A stretch of DNA of 64,000 bases, from positions 32,440 to 96,439 of IMG/VR virus record IMGVR_UViG_3300021256_000007; one strand, written 5' to 3'. The stretch is from a virus (Duplodnaviria > Heunggongvirae > Uroviricota > Caudoviricetes). Under the pieces are notes generated by a model that saw only the letters and a program-made list of their open reading frames with translations, did no database searches and had not been told where the DNA came from. This document shows, one piece after another, positions 11,201-20,207 of this stretch. The translations under genes were made by a program, and so were the position numbers. Positions within the stretch are counted from its first letter, which is position 1. Each line of letters opens with the position of its first letter.

Positions 11201-11312
11201 AGTTGCTAACATGCAAATCGTGCTTGATACGGGCGAACTCGTCGGTGCCACTTCACATAAAATGGATAATGCTTTCGGCGAAATGCAAGTTCATAGGGGA
11301 AGGGGGAACTAA
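5256..11312 (+). CDS. tail tape measure protein
   Basis: 2018 aa with an N-terminal helical/coiled region and a central block of many hydrophobic transmembrane-like segments. It sits between the chaperone and Dit genes. Confidence 0.85.
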   Translation: MPNTGNVDERIVEMQIDHQKFEAGAKKTISILEKLDSALNSLGKNNSDGLDSITGSLEKVTNKFSVMGTVGDQVIRNLTNKAIALVDQMGRVAKSLSIDQVSAGWDKYAEKTQGVQTIMAATSDTVGDRFATQAEQMEWVNEELEKLNWFTDETSYNFLDMVNNIGKFTSNGVELETAVTAMQGISNWAAISGANVGEASRAMYNLSQAMAAGSVKLIDWKSIENANMATTEFKKTALETAVALGTLEKVGEGTYQTLGGKSFTQEQFNTQLSEGWFTSDVLLQTLDQYGAFTDELNKVYNATGLQTKQILEQVEAYKEGKKVSAELIPYIEKLADAQYELGFRAFRAAQEAKTFEDVINATKDSVSTAWMNLFETIFGDYLTAKKLWSDMAESFYNIFTEPVNKLIEIFDTAFGEKNPLRDKLAEVNLSMTEFEATASNMEDAEIKGLIEQYGSLEAALRAGAVSAELLNKVMMQLQDDKVSSVVTEAGGIVDRKIEEIRDAARQFNEGKLTKKEIQNRDLDFSMVKWWAKVYKTANKDDTLEGWTDKFKEQYFDEIAASVGYTEEEIARIKEILADNEGVIDGMQSEAVNRRSGLDLFAESLMNLLHAVENVVEAISGAFDIIFGDTNEQGEVIYGWIERFNKFTEGVKSATEDIEGLSAKIAGILSIFHSVAAFVKGAFRLAFHAAFTVVAVVASLLLEVFGIIQNSGVIQAFGSAITTVFQALLVPLSIIGDLIKDLFDKLFGNKLKDFDWAERLAYYLNDISVRVSIAASRFSRFLKSKTVAEALSNAFEKLHETVTKVAAAFSNGYKKLKAFVDLMKLGYEKNGIVGVFDILNSKIKLTLRNHPTLLKAYQTIGSVFKKIGETVDTSFGKVKAWFNNLVAFAKELKTAFQLNGLKGAFELLSSKVNEFLEKHPKIMGVLTGIQNAFSSVGTWIMSTAEAIKRWFSSIDFSKIGTSIQSAISKIRAFFASLKQIYKDKGVSGLWTAFTEKIKEGFAKLNLSTIFNTVKEKFTGFFGKIGEAFGKLSDIKLFDGDFFENLYESLTDWLHLFTGFAIFGLIRSAKKVINAIGDILKTLGGVPKDIKANQMGTAFLKLAGGILLIALSLKIISTIPTDMLFDVWSTIISLLIAIGAFAAYIKMIKGESALKSVLSVAAGIALLALTLYGLSKMTSGDFFSGVWKLGLIMVMLVGYLHLTDGIKVDSMKTLIGMAVGLLAMALVIKKLSKMSDEKYSNGVAKLFLIMAMMVGYLHLIDGVKAGSMKAAIGMAVGVYVLSLVVQKLSKNTIGKAVTGIVQLFFILAMMAGYMKIIDGIHISGTTLGAMALMILSVVVIAGALMRLTHYNWKALLATSGSIALCLVTIAGSIALVSKFADKMSLSAFTALAVGIAAFVVIAAVLTRLADYDWKTIGLAALTCVLTLAAVAGVVVLLGNVSPGAAAKGIAVLAIIAIGFGVIVVTLTALGLAAAAIAVEMAKKLDEFATAMQPFVNTISSFDDGTKESFQRFAGMMLSLLQAEFWMFLAGILSKLTASGDLGVKLSLFMVALQPFLTNVGNVTSAHVIGASMLSSVMKSIAGMELWGKVSEILNGLDGDIATRLSEFGTNLGPFLAALGLVTPEMEQQAGYLSGLMKALVKAEIWSTISEWINGLTGEDSMANFAERLNTFTGALIPFLTAMSSLNAGTIEQTKTTLSVLSDLTKNKTISNLGSQINSFYNNFNKGGKGANGDLTALKDTVSIVTDLSTALSNISTFTTDTSFGSDFMMSLSTNISNSQTILTSGIAVTVTTAISNAFAAIVPAVESDGYNVGAGVAQGMYNSSSLITKAGLHLARLAERSVASGLQIKSPSRVMAALAAYIPAGIAKGVEENSGVAVDSMTVLGSSIIAAMQMAMLRVATVADENFEFSPTITPVVDMSNVAYAAGNANQMFGSISSGLRGSMRITTENAANTAAMVRYGTGSTGIVDEIQNLSSKLDMLGEAVANMQIVLDTGELVGATSHKMDNAFGEMQVHRGRGN

Positions 11313-11315
11313 GCT

Positions 11316-12380
11316 ATGCCTAATGGTTTAATTGACGATCAGGGCAATTCTATTATTGCTATTATCGTTGAAGATCCGGCAACCGGGACAGAGGAATCGG
11401 TTCCAGTTAGCGCTGATCCTAAACTGCAAAGCAAAACGGTAACGCCTACTAGGGCTGGGCAAACAGTTTCTCCGGATTCGAATTATGACGGTTTGAGTTC
11501 CGTCACATTGCAGGGCATCCCGAATGAGTATGTTATTCCTTCGGGTACCCTTGCAATCAATCAAAATGGAATCAGAAATGTTGGTCAATATGCTCAAGTT
11601 AATGTAAACGTTGGTAGCTCAAAGCCTGCCGAAGGCGAAAGCTCAAAGCAGGCTCAGGCCTATCATTCAATTACAATCGGAACAAAAAACACTTGGGACG
11701 ACTGGCATCTGGTTCCAACATCCAGACCGACTTTCGCTATGCCGAATGTAAAAACCAATTATGTGGAAATACCGGGTGGCGATGGCGTTCTCGATCTTTC
11801 TACCGTGCTAACGGGCCGTCCGACTTACGGGAATCGTCAGGGAAGTTTCGAATTTCTCGTGATGAACGACTATGGTTACTGGGCTGATCGTTACAGTGAA
11901 ATAGCAAACTATCTGCATGGTAAGACGTTTAAAGCCGTTCTCGACGATGATCCTGAGTTTTTCTACGAAGGGCGATTCTCGCTGAATGAATGGCGAAGTG
12001 AAGAACAGTGGTCTAAGATCGTAATTGATTATAATGTCGGACCTTACAAACAGTATCTGAAATCGGCCGGTGATAGATGGCTTTGGGATCCGTTCGACTT
12101 TGAAAACGGTGTTATCAATAACTATCGTAATCTTATTGTAAACGGTACTCTGAACGTCACATATGTCGGCGATGTATATGAAACGTCTCCGATCATTACA
12201 TGTTCTAAGATCGATACCGATACTGCTTTTTCTATGAGCGTTACATTTAATAGTAAAACATACAAGCTAACAGCCGGTACTAATGTGCTTGATACGGTCA
12301 CGTTTGCGGCCGGAAATAATGAGCTCACTTTTACCGGAACTGGACGAATTAATATTGAAAATACGGGAGGCCGGTTATAA
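11316..12380 (+). CDS. distal tail protein (Dit-like) with an N-terminal repeat module shared with a fibre gene
   Basis: Position directly after the tape measure. The N-terminus carries LQSKTVTPTRAGQTVSPDSNYDGLSSVTLQGI, the same repeat type found in the 18527 fibre. Confidence 0.55.
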   Translation: MPNGLIDDQGNSIIAIIVEDPATGTEESVPVSADPKLQSKTVTPTRAGQTVSPDSNYDGLSSVTLQGIPNEYVIPSGTLAINQNGIRNVGQYAQVNVNVGSSKPAEGESSKQAQAYHSITIGTKNTWDDWHLVPTSRPTFAMPNVKTNYVEIPGGDGVLDLSTVLTGRPTYGNRQGSFEFLVMNDYGYWADRYSEIANYLHGKTFKAVLDDDPEFFYEGRFSLNEWRSEEQWSKIVIDYNVGPYKQYLKSAGDRWLWDPFDFENGVINNYRNLIVNGTLNVTYVGDVYETSPIITCSKIDTDTAFSMSVTFNSKTYKLTAGTNVLDTVTFAAGNNELTFTGTGRINIENTGGRL

Positions 12381-14395
12381 TGTTTAATATTTTTGCGGAT
12401 AACCGGTTAATCTATCAGCCGGGCAACGAAAAGCTTCGGCTGATTTCTCCGAAACTTACAGTGGAAATGGGTAAAGCGGGATCTCTTGAATTTACGATCC
12501 CGCCTACTCATACATATTTTAATGACTTAACACAACTGAAAACTATTTTAACGGTCACGATGGACGACGATGAGCTCTTTCGTGGCCGTGTTTTTTCCAA
12601 TAAGCGAAATTTTAATAATACCCGTGATATTTACGGTGAAGGTAATCTTGCCTATTTGGTCGATAGTGTCCAGAAAGGTGAGAAGTATACCGGCAAAGCG
12701 CATGCTCTCTTTAAAAAGATTATCGCGGCCCATAATAAAATGGTGCAGGATAAGGAAAAGCAGTTTACAGTTGGCAGTATTACCGTAGAAGATCGAGACG
12801 TGTTTCTTGCCGGACAATCTGACGAAATTATCGACCAGGAAACCAGCAAGTTTAACTATAAGCAGATAGCTATTAACTCGATTTCCGAGGAGTGGAAGAC
12901 GAGTTTTGACTACATCGAGTCTTGTCTGCTTGATTATGCCGGTGGATATTTGAGGACCAGACGCGATGATGCAACCGGAACCAATTATATTGACTGGCTG
13001 AAAGATTATTACGCCAAATCCACACAGACGATCGAGTTTGGTAAAAATATGCTTGACCTGACGGAAGAGATCAATGCCGAAGATGTATTTACGGTTTTGA
13101 TTCCCCTTGGCGATGAGAATCTGACAATTGCATCGGTCAACAAAGGAAGCATTGAACTTTCTGATCCAGTGGCTGTTGCAAAGTACGGGCGTATTGTTAA
13201 GACCAACGTGTTCGATGCCGTTACGAATCCTCAGACGTTGCTTGAAAACGGAAAAAGATATTTGGCGAACAATTCTGAGATGCCGATCACAATTACCGTA
13301 ACGGCTGTGGATCTGCATTTGCTGAATCCAAATATTCGGGCAATTTATGTTGGCGATAAGGTTCACGTTCTCTCTCACGGTCATGACATCGATAATTCTG
13401 ATCTTGTATGCACAAAAATTGAATATGATCTTTCGAATCCTGCCAATACAGTTTATACGTTCGGAAATCCTAAGCAAACTCTTACCGAGCGATACCGTAA
13501 GGATAAGAAACAGCAAGATAAGAGTGCCGGACGAGGCGGTGGCGGTGGCGGTGCGGCTGCTGAGGAAGCCGAAGAAAAAAACGCTGGAGATATTAAAGAG
13601 ATTTTTGACGCTTATATTGATGTTAAGCCTGAGGATGGAAAAATTACGCTTAAAGCTCTTTATGAGAAGCAAGTTAAGACTGAAACCGTTTTAAAAAATA
13701 ATGTCGGAATAAATCTTGATGCACCCTCCGGAAAAATTAATATTTATGCTGATCATGACAAAGTTGAAGAATTTATCGAAAACAATAAAGAATTAAAAAA
13801 TAATATAACACGTAAATTGGGAATAGATTTAGATGCTCCTGGTGGAACGTTAAATCTATACTCAATGTACAAAGACACACAAGATAATAAAAATAATATT
13901 GCGAGCATTGAACTCTGGTCCGGAAAAGATGGAAGCAAGGTTGCTATGAAAGCGGATCTTGTGAAAATTAAAGCTAAAGTTACCGAGATTACAGGTGCAC
14001 TTACTGTTGGTAGTAGAATTACAGCTGGAAGAGAAGTCGAAGCTCCGGGATTTTATGGAACATTATTATTTAGACAAAATATAGAAGTGGCTCAGCATAC
14101 ACATTCTCTAAGCGTATCAAGTGTTGGGACAGTAACGCTTGGCACTGCAACTAAATGGGGCGACGGAGTTACATCGTCTTTTAATATAGCCGACACTAAG
14201 TTTTATAAAGACGCAGTAGCGTCGGCGGCAAAAAATGTAAAAGCGTCTGGCATTAAATTAAAAGACGGTATGATTAAGAAAGGCGCGTCAAGAGCTAAAG
14301 TAAAAGTTACATTGTCAAATGGCACGACTCAATTTTTAACGCTCAGTCTTTATTATTATCCTGAAAGTAGTGGTGGAGGTAGCAGTCCACAGTAA
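12380..14395 (+). CDS. tail-associated protein (Tal / prophage tail endopeptidase-like N-terminus)
   Basis: 671 aa immediately after Dit. Contains a Gly/Ala linker GGGGGGGAAAEEAEE and a C-terminal extension. Confidence 0.55.
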   Translation: MFNIFADNRLIYQPGNEKLRLISPKLTVEMGKAGSLEFTIPPTHTYFNDLTQLKTILTVTMDDDELFRGRVFSNKRNFNNTRDIYGEGNLAYLVDSVQKGEKYTGKAHALFKKIIAAHNKMVQDKEKQFTVGSITVEDRDVFLAGQSDEIIDQETSKFNYKQIAINSISEEWKTSFDYIESCLLDYAGGYLRTRRDDATGTNYIDWLKDYYAKSTQTIEFGKNMLDLTEEINAEDVFTVLIPLGDENLTIASVNKGSIELSDPVAVAKYGRIVKTNVFDAVTNPQTLLENGKRYLANNSEMPITITVTAVDLHLLNPNIRAIYVGDKVHVLSHGHDIDNSDLVCTKIEYDLSNPANTVYTFGNPKQTLTERYRKDKKQQDKSAGRGGGGGGAAAEEAEEKNAGDIKEIFDAYIDVKPEDGKITLKALYEKQVKTETVLKNNVGINLDAPSGKINIYADHDKVEEFIENNKELKNNITRKLGIDLDAPGGTLNLYSMYKDTQDNKNNIASIELWSGKDGSKVAMKADLVKIKAKVTEITGALTVGSRITAGREVEAPGFYGTLLFRQNIEVAQHTHSLSVSSVGTVTLGTATKWGDGVTSSFNIADTKFYKDAVASAAKNVKASGIKLKDGMIKKGASRAKVKVTLSNGTTQFLTLSLYYYPESSGGGSSPQ

Positions 14396-14408
14396 AGGAG
14401 ATTCCTGA

Positions 14409-14627
14409 ATGATTACATTAAATGAGCTGACTGACGAGGTCATTCAGATTCAGCGACTTATCGATAGTCTTGAGGTTCGCGGTGGCAAGAATGCTTCTAT
14501 TCTTGCGGTTGCGTACGAGCATTGCGATTCGCTGATTCATAATCTGAAAGATGCTCTTCAAGAAATTCAAAATGAAAGTAAAAAAGTAGGTGAAGAGAAT
14601 GCCGAGATCGATACAAGACCTGCTTGA
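14409..14627 (+). CDS. hypothetical small coiled-coil protein
   Basis: 72 aa, RBS AAGGAG, overlaps the start of the next gene. Confidence 0.3.
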   Translation: MITLNELTDEVIQIQRLIDSLEVRGGKNASILAVAYEHCDSLIHNLKDALQEIQNESKKVGEENAEIDTRPA

Positions 14628-17205
14628 CGCTATTTCGAACGCACGGTACGGTGAAGATGTTCGAAGCGCTATACACGATAGCATTGAAACCTGCTATGAT
14701 AATGTAGCAGCATCTCAAACACTTGCGGACACTGCTGCTACACGAGCCAATACCGCAGCTGATTCAGCTGAAGATGCTACGATTGCTGCTAATAGTGCAG
14801 CGACTTCAGCTTCAACAGCTGCTTCTAGTACAGCAACAGCAATTACTAACGCAAATGCAGCAGCTGACAGTGCCAACGCTGCTGCTAGCTCCGCAAACCA
14901 GGCAGCGACAAATGCCAATACAGCTCGCGGAAACGCTGCTACGGCTGCTATTACCGCGAATCAAGCTGCGGCGTTCGCCAATCAAGCAAGAGACGCTGCT
15001 GTCACGGCAACGAGTGCTGCACAAACTGCAACTACCGCAGCGGAAACGGCTACGACGAGAGCTAACAATGCAGCCGATAGTGCAACCGCTGCTGCAAATG
15101 AAGCGACCTTAGTAAAAGATGATTGCTCTAGAGCCAGAATTGATACCGTTGCTGCGACAAATAGCGCGAATACCGCGACAGCTAGAGCTAATACGGCATC
15201 GGCTAGTATCGAAGGTCTTACTGTAACTTCTGAAACGGTTGGTCCAGATGCACAAGGCGGGGCCGAAGTCAGTGATGTCGATGGCCATAAGAATATTCAT
15301 TTTATTCTTAAACAAGGTCCCCAGGGCGCTCCAAATATCGTCAAGGGTTCTGCTTATGCGTCTCTTTCCGATCTGGAAGCTGAAATTGTAAATCCTGCAA
15401 TCGGCGATCAGTATAACGTAGGTACCGAAGCTCCTTACAATATTTATCGTTGGACCGGAGAAGATTGGGAAGATCAGGGACAGATCGGCGTTAACATTGA
15501 CAACCTTACGACATCTGAGATCGATACAATCTGGAACGGTACGACGATTCCTGGAACGAACAGCCGTTATATCAATCATACCGGTTTATTTCATTTGATC
15601 GTGAATAAAATCAAGGCTGCACTGAATAATAAAGTCGATAAGGTTACTGGCAAGGGCCTTAGTAGTAATGACTTCACGTCTACTTATATTAATCAGATTA
15701 ATAATCACGATTCGCAGATTCAGGCGCTTAGTTCGACCAAGGTTGACAAAGTAACCGGTAAAGATCTTAGTACAAATGATTTTACTGATGCTTACAAAGC
15801 TCAGATCGGAACAAATACGACTGATATTACGTCTTTGCGCTCTCAGTTTAATAATACTCCGATCGCAAATACGGTAAATGGCAAAACCGGAACTGTTGTT
15901 CTTGATTCCAAGGACATTGATATTTCCGAAGCTTTGTATTTCACGTCTGAGCCTTCTGATGTTCCTATTCAGCAGGCTATCGATGAAACTGAAAAAGCGG
16001 ATGCACGGATCTATGGCGGACTTACGAACTTTATGTACGCCTATCGTGTACCTTCAACAGAAAGCTTTACGGCGCAGGATATTTTGACGGCTGCTGCGAA
16101 TGAAAAGCAGGTTTACAGCACTTATAGCTGGGACTATATTACGACTGTAGATCCTGATGGAACTTACCCGCTTTCAGGCATTCCGTTATACGACGCAAAT
16201 AATCCGTCAAACGTTCTTAATCCTAACGGCAAAGTAACTTCCTGTGCTACTGCTATTACGAATATTCTCTATCGTCTTGGTCTGACTGATATTTCGAATC
16301 CGTCGGCTTCTGATACTGAGATTCGCGGTAAGACTCGTTACTCAGAGGCTCGCCGTCCCGAATGCAGTTTGCCGCATTATCTGCAGCAGCGTGGCTGGAC
16401 GATGATCCATACGGAAAGTGAACTGACGGCCGGTGATATTGTTTTCTGTCGCCGTTGTGTCTATCCGGATGAGAGACGTTATAATCCAGCTCATGCGTTT
16501 ATTTATGCGACGGCTACGACCGCTTATGATTTCGGTTCCCAGACGAATGTACGAAGCGGTGGTACTGACGCAATTGACTGGCGTACCGGCGGCTCTATCG
16601 CGAGCTTTGGCTGGAGACCGACGCTGTTCGGTTTTGTTGGTGATGCGAACGATCCTTACGTAGCTGGCGATACATTATGGTCCGGTAGAACTACTCAGAG
16701 AATTCTTTCCGATGGTACTCCGGCGCTCGTTGCTGAGCTTCAGAATGCAGATTCGCTTCGGTATGTGGATATTATTACGTCTGTAAATGCGGAAAGTGGA
16801 CAGCTTGTAAGTAATAGAATTCAATACCCTATCACAGTAACAACACCGTTTACCAACCATTCCGGTTTGTTTACAAAAGTTAAACTATATAAATCTGGTA
16901 CAATTCGCTGTAGCTTTTTCGGAACATCGAATAACATTTCGAAGTCCGTCGGTTATTACATAATCTTTAGCTTTAACAGTTTTACGAATCCAAAACATAA
17001 ATTTTTCACGTACGATACAGTTGGTGATGCTGCTGCAAATGCTGAAAAAGCGTTAGATATTTATACGCCCATTACGGCATCAGGCGTCATTGGACATTTT
17101 TATACGCACACTGAAAACAATATTACTACGATTCGCATGAGTGTTTCAGCTGATATTCCTAATGGAACTGCTATTTCGGCGTTCTGGCAAATGCAGCTTA
17201 ATTAA
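14599..17205 (+). CDS. tail fibre protein with an Ala-rich low-complexity N-terminal region and a C-terminal Cys/His peptidase-like (NlpC/P60 or CHAP-like) domain
   Basis: The ATG at 14599 has an AGGTGA RBS; the track starts at a GTG at 14590. About 200 aa are of A/N/S/T repeats (AANSAATSASTAAS...). The C-terminus has Cys (VTSCATAITNILYRLG) and His (NPAHAFIYA) about 85 aa apart. Confidence 0.45.
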   Translation: MPRSIQDLLDAISNARYGEDVRSAIHDSIETCYDNVAASQTLADTAATRANTAADSAEDATIAANSAATSASTAASSTATAITNANAAADSANAAASSANQAATNANTARGNAATAAITANQAAAFANQARDAAVTATSAAQTATTAAETATTRANNAADSATAAANEATLVKDDCSRARIDTVAATNSANTATARANTASASIEGLTVTSETVGPDAQGGAEVSDVDGHKNIHFILKQGPQGAPNIVKGSAYASLSDLEAEIVNPAIGDQYNVGTEAPYNIYRWTGEDWEDQGQIGVNIDNLTTSEIDTIWNGTTIPGTNSRYINHTGLFHLIVNKIKAALNNKVDKVTGKGLSSNDFTSTYINQINNHDSQIQALSSTKVDKVTGKDLSTNDFTDAYKAQIGTNTTDITSLRSQFNNTPIANTVNGKTGTVVLDSKDIDISEALYFTSEPSDVPIQQAIDETEKADARIYGGLTNFMYAYRVPSTESFTAQDILTAAANEKQVYSTYSWDYITTVDPDGTYPLSGIPLYDANNPSNVLNPNGKVTSCATAITNILYRLGLTDISNPSASDTEIRGKTRYSEARRPECSLPHYLQQRGWTMIHTESELTAGDIVFCRRCVYPDERRYNPAHAFIYATATTAYDFGSQTNVRSGGTDAIDWRTGGSIASFGWRPTLFGFVGDANDPYVAGDTLWSGRTTQRILSDGTPALVAELQNADSLRYVDIITSVNAESGQLVSNRIQYPITVTTPFTNHSGLFTKVKLYKSGTIRCSFFGTSNNISKSVGYYIIFSFNSFTNPKHKFFTYDTVGDAAANAEKALDIYTPITASGVIGHFYTHTENNITTIRMSVSADIPNGTAISAFWQMQLN

Positions 17206-17221
17206 TTTTTATATTCTATGG

Positions 17222-17253
17222 GGAAAGCTCCTTCGGGGGCTTTCTCTTTTTTA
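17222..17253 (+). terminator. rho-independent terminator
   Basis: Stem GAAAGCTCC/GGGGCTTTC followed by a T-tract. Confidence 0.55.
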
Positions 17254-17278
17254 TTCCTTAGCGCGGAGGTGATATCCG

Positions 17279-17608
17279 TTGATTCGAGGTACAACACCGA
17301 CTTTTACGTTTACGATCCGAGACGAAAATCTCAATCTGAACGAAGCGGCAAATGTATATGTAACGATCGCTCAAAGCGGTAAACTGATTGAAAGATCTAC
17401 GGGAGACGCATCACTTAACGTTGATGGTCGAACCGTATCTTTATGGCTTACTCAGGAAGAATCTCTGCGTCTAACGGAAGGAGTTAACGCGGAAGTTCAG
17501 ATCAACTGGACTTACATGGATTCCGACGGAGTTACCGTTCGGCGAGCGGCGACCAAACTTAAAACGATTCCGATCACGAAGCAGTTGTTAAAGCGGGTGA
17601 TTGAATGA
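17279..17608 (+). CDS. hypothetical structural protein
   Basis: TTG start with GGAGGTGA RBS, 109 aa. Confidence 0.4.
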   Translation: MIRGTTPTFTFTIRDENLNLNEAANVYVTIAQSGKLIERSTGDASLNVDGRTVSLWLTQEESLRLTEGVNAEVQINWTYMDSDGVTVRRAATKLKTIPITKQLLKRVIE

Positions 17609-17910
17609 TAGCCACTGCTCTTGAACCGATCTATTTGGACGTAGATCTTTCCATCGAAGAGTATGACTTTGAGCTTGAAGAAATCGCCGAATTTGACTGT
17701 GAGTTAGAAACAGCAATTATCATCAATACGATCACAGGGGACATGTATGAAGGTCCGTATCATGTGATTCCGACATTTGATGACCAGGAATTGCTGACAA
17801 AAGACAAGACCATGCGTGAAGACGTGACGGTCGAACCAATTCCTGTAAGCCGAACCAGCAATCTGGCTGGCGGCACGACAGTATATATTGGAGGAAACTT
17901 AAATGGCTAA
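17605..17910 (+). CDS. hypothetical acidic protein
   Basis: 101 aa, overlapping start/stop with neighbours. Confidence 0.4.
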   Translation: MIATALEPIYLDVDLSIEEYDFELEEIAEFDCELETAIIINTITGDMYEGPYHVIPTFDDQELLTKDKTMREDVTVEPIPVSRTSNLAGGTTVYIGGNLNG

Positions 17911-18499
17911 TCAATACAACTCTAAAGTAGTTCTCGCATCCGGCGAGGTACTTATTGACCTGACTTCGGATACCGTCGACGCTGCGCATTTACTTAAGAA
18001 CTATACGGCGCATGGTAAGGACGGCGCTCCGATTACAGGTTCCTGCACTTACGATTCCGACACCAGTGCTGATACCGCTGCTGTTGGCGAAATTCTTTCC
18101 GGCAAGACTGCGCATGCCCGTGGTACCCAGCTTACGGGTACGATGACGAACAATGGCGGCGTTACCGGTACGATTACGACCGTTGGCGGCAGCTATACGA
18201 TCCCCCAGGGCTATCATGACGGCTCCGGCACGGTAAGCATTTCCTCGACCGAGCAGGCCAAGATTATTGCTGAGAATATTCGTGAGGGTATTACGATTCT
18301 GGGCGTTGAGGGTACGATGAGTGGCTCTGAGGATATGAGCGCTCAGGCAAAGACCGTTACCCCGACGTTTACTCAGCAGGTAATTTCTCCTGATACTGGC
18401 TACAACTGCCTTAGTCAGGTGACTGTTAATGCGATTACGGTTACCTATACCGATAACTCCGCCGGCGGTAAGACGGTGACTATCGGCTCGGCCGCGTAA
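17903..18499 (+). CDS. tail fibre family protein (shared N-terminal anchor domain), paralog 1
   Basis: N-terminus MANQYNSKVVLASGEVLIDLTSDTVDAAHLLKNYTAHGKDGAPITG matches the N-termini of 18527, 21570 and 22674. The C-terminus has the repeat TPTFTQQVISPDTGYNCLSQVTV. Confidence 0.5.
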   Translation: MANQYNSKVVLASGEVLIDLTSDTVDAAHLLKNYTAHGKDGAPITGSCTYDSDTSADTAAVGEILSGKTAHARGTQLTGTMTNNGGVTGTITTVGGSYTIPQGYHDGSGTVSISSTEQAKIIAENIREGITILGVEGTMSGSEDMSAQAKTVTPTFTQQVISPDTGYNCLSQVTVNAITVTYTDNSAGGKTVTIGSAA

Positions 18500-18526
18500 A
18501 TTCAAAATGGAAGGAGAGTGCCTTGA

Positions 18527-20203
18527 ATGGCAAACAATCGCGTAGAACTTGCCAATGGCACTGTTCTTATTGATCTTACAGATACTACGGCCGTAGCAGA
18601 AGATGTTGCGGCCGGTAAGTATTTTTATGGAGCAAATGGCGTAAAGACACTTGGTACGGCCACACATGATACCGGAGTTGTTTTAACCGGTGAAATCGAT
18701 GCCAAGGGCGGTAAGATCCTGCATATCAATGGCCCGTCTACGGAAACGATCGTTGTCGACCTGAACGGCGGGGAAATTGAGAACATCAGTGCTACCGTTT
18801 TGCTTGATATTTCTGATGACACGGTTACTGCGGAAAGTTTACTGCGTGGCTATACTGCCCATGATTCGATGGGTAGAGCGATCGTCGGTCAAGCTGTTCC
18901 GTCGACAGACAATATCAGCGGCGTTTACGTGACTGATCCTGAGACCGGAGAGAAACTTATTGATTTCGAGCTTCCGTCTGGAACGCTTAACATTACGGCA
19001 AATGGCCAGTACAATGTGGCGGAATACGCCGGAGTAAATGTCGCTGTTCCTACGTCCGGAGGCGGTTCTACCCTTGGCACGAAGACCGTCACGGCAAACG
19101 GAACTTATAACGCGACTGATGATTCTCTAGACGGATATTCTTCGGTGACTGTTAATGTCCCAAGCTCAGCTCCAAATCTCCAAACCAAATCGGCAACTCC
19201 TTCTACCAGCGCTCAGACCATTACACCTGATAGCGGATACGACGGGCTTAGTTCCGTTTCGATTTCTGCTATTCAGACACAGACCAAGAGCGCCACACCG
19301 TCTGAGACAGCTCAAACAGTTACTCCTGACAGCGGCAAGTATTTGACTTCTGTTTCTGTTGGAGCGATCAGTAAAACATATGTCGGTTCTGAGGTTGCAA
19401 GAAAGTCTTCGACCGATTTGACGACAAGCGGAGCCACGGTTTCTGTTCCGGCAGGTTATTACGCGGAAGCGGCAAGTAAGGCCGTTGCAAGCGGTTCTGC
19501 TTCCACTCCTGCAACGACAATTACGGCTAATCCGACGATTTCGGTAAGTGCAACCGGATTGATCACGGCAACTGCTTCGGCAAGCGAAAGTGTTACGCCG
19601 TCCGTTTCTGCGGGTTATATTTCTTCCGGTACTGCCGGGACGATTTCTGTGAGTGGTTCCAAGACACAGCAGCTTACTGCACAGGCAGCCAAGACCGTAA
19701 CTCCTACCGAAACGGAACAGACGGCGGTTGCTTCCGGTGTCTATACGACTGGTGTTGTGAAAGTCGGAGCTATTAGTAGCACTTATGTTGGCTCCGGAAT
19801 AACGCGGCGAGACGGTGATGATCTCTCGGCTTCTGGCGCAACGGTTACTGTTCCTGCTGGTTATTACTCTGCACAGCAGACTAAGAGCGTTGCAAGCGGA
19901 ACAGCGGGTACACCGACTGCGACCAAAGGCACAGTCAGCAATCATTCTATTACGGTAACTCCGAGTGTAACCAATACGACTGGTTATATTTCCGGCGGCA
20001 CAAAGAATGGTACAGCGGTCACGGTTTCTGCGAGTGAGCTTGTTAGTGGAAGTACGACGATAACTTCGAACGGAACGACTGATGTTACGAATCTGGCTTC
20101 GGTTACGGTAGCCGTTCCCATCGTTACATATTATACGGGAAGCTCTGATCCGGCGTCATCCCTCGGTTCTGATGGGGATATTTATCTGAAGACGGGAGCG
20201 TGA
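18527..20203 (+). CDS. tail fibre protein, paralog 2 (tandem N-terminal anchor domains plus Ser/Thr-rich repeats)
   Basis: The N-terminal anchor domain occurs twice in tandem (residues ~1-45 and ~85-125). There are three copies of the ~32-aa TPxxxAQTxTPDSGYDGLSSVS repeat and a duplicated SGATV(S/T)VPAGYY segment. The exact 13-mer lies 14 nt upstream. Confidence 0.55.
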   Translation: MANNRVELANGTVLIDLTDTTAVAEDVAAGKYFYGANGVKTLGTATHDTGVVLTGEIDAKGGKILHINGPSTETIVVDLNGGEIENISATVLLDISDDTVTAESLLRGYTAHDSMGRAIVGQAVPSTDNISGVYVTDPETGEKLIDFELPSGTLNITANGQYNVAEYAGVNVAVPTSGGGSTLGTKTVTANGTYNATDDSLDGYSSVTVNVPSSAPNLQTKSATPSTSAQTITPDSGYDGLSSVSISAIQTQTKSATPSETAQTVTPDSGKYLTSVSVGAISKTYVGSEVARKSSTDLTTSGATVSVPAGYYAEAASKAVASGSASTPATTITANPTISVSATGLITATASASESVTPSVSAGYISSGTAGTISVSGSKTQQLTAQAAKTVTPTETEQTAVASGVYTTGVVKVGAISSTYVGSGITRRDGDDLSASGATVTVPAGYYSAQQTKSVASGTAGTPTATKGTVSNHSITVTPSVTNTTGYISGGTKNGTAVTVSASELVSGSTTITSNGTTDVTNLASVTVAVPIVTYYTGSSDPASSLGSDGDIYLKTGA

Positions 20204-20207
20204 CGGT

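Noticed and set aside
12548-13672. 374-aa minus-strand ORF inside the Tal-like gene, and similar antisense ORFs at 17990-18667, 19166-19945 and 44631-45332
   Set aside because: Antisense to strongly supported structural or SPFH genes, with Arg/Cys/Ser-rich junk composition and no RBS.
14715-15112. Overlapping ORFs in the Ala-rich part of the fibre gene (14715-14918 minus, 14723-15112 plus)
   Set aside because: Alternative-frame translations of an A/T/S/N low-complexity coding repeat, not genes.
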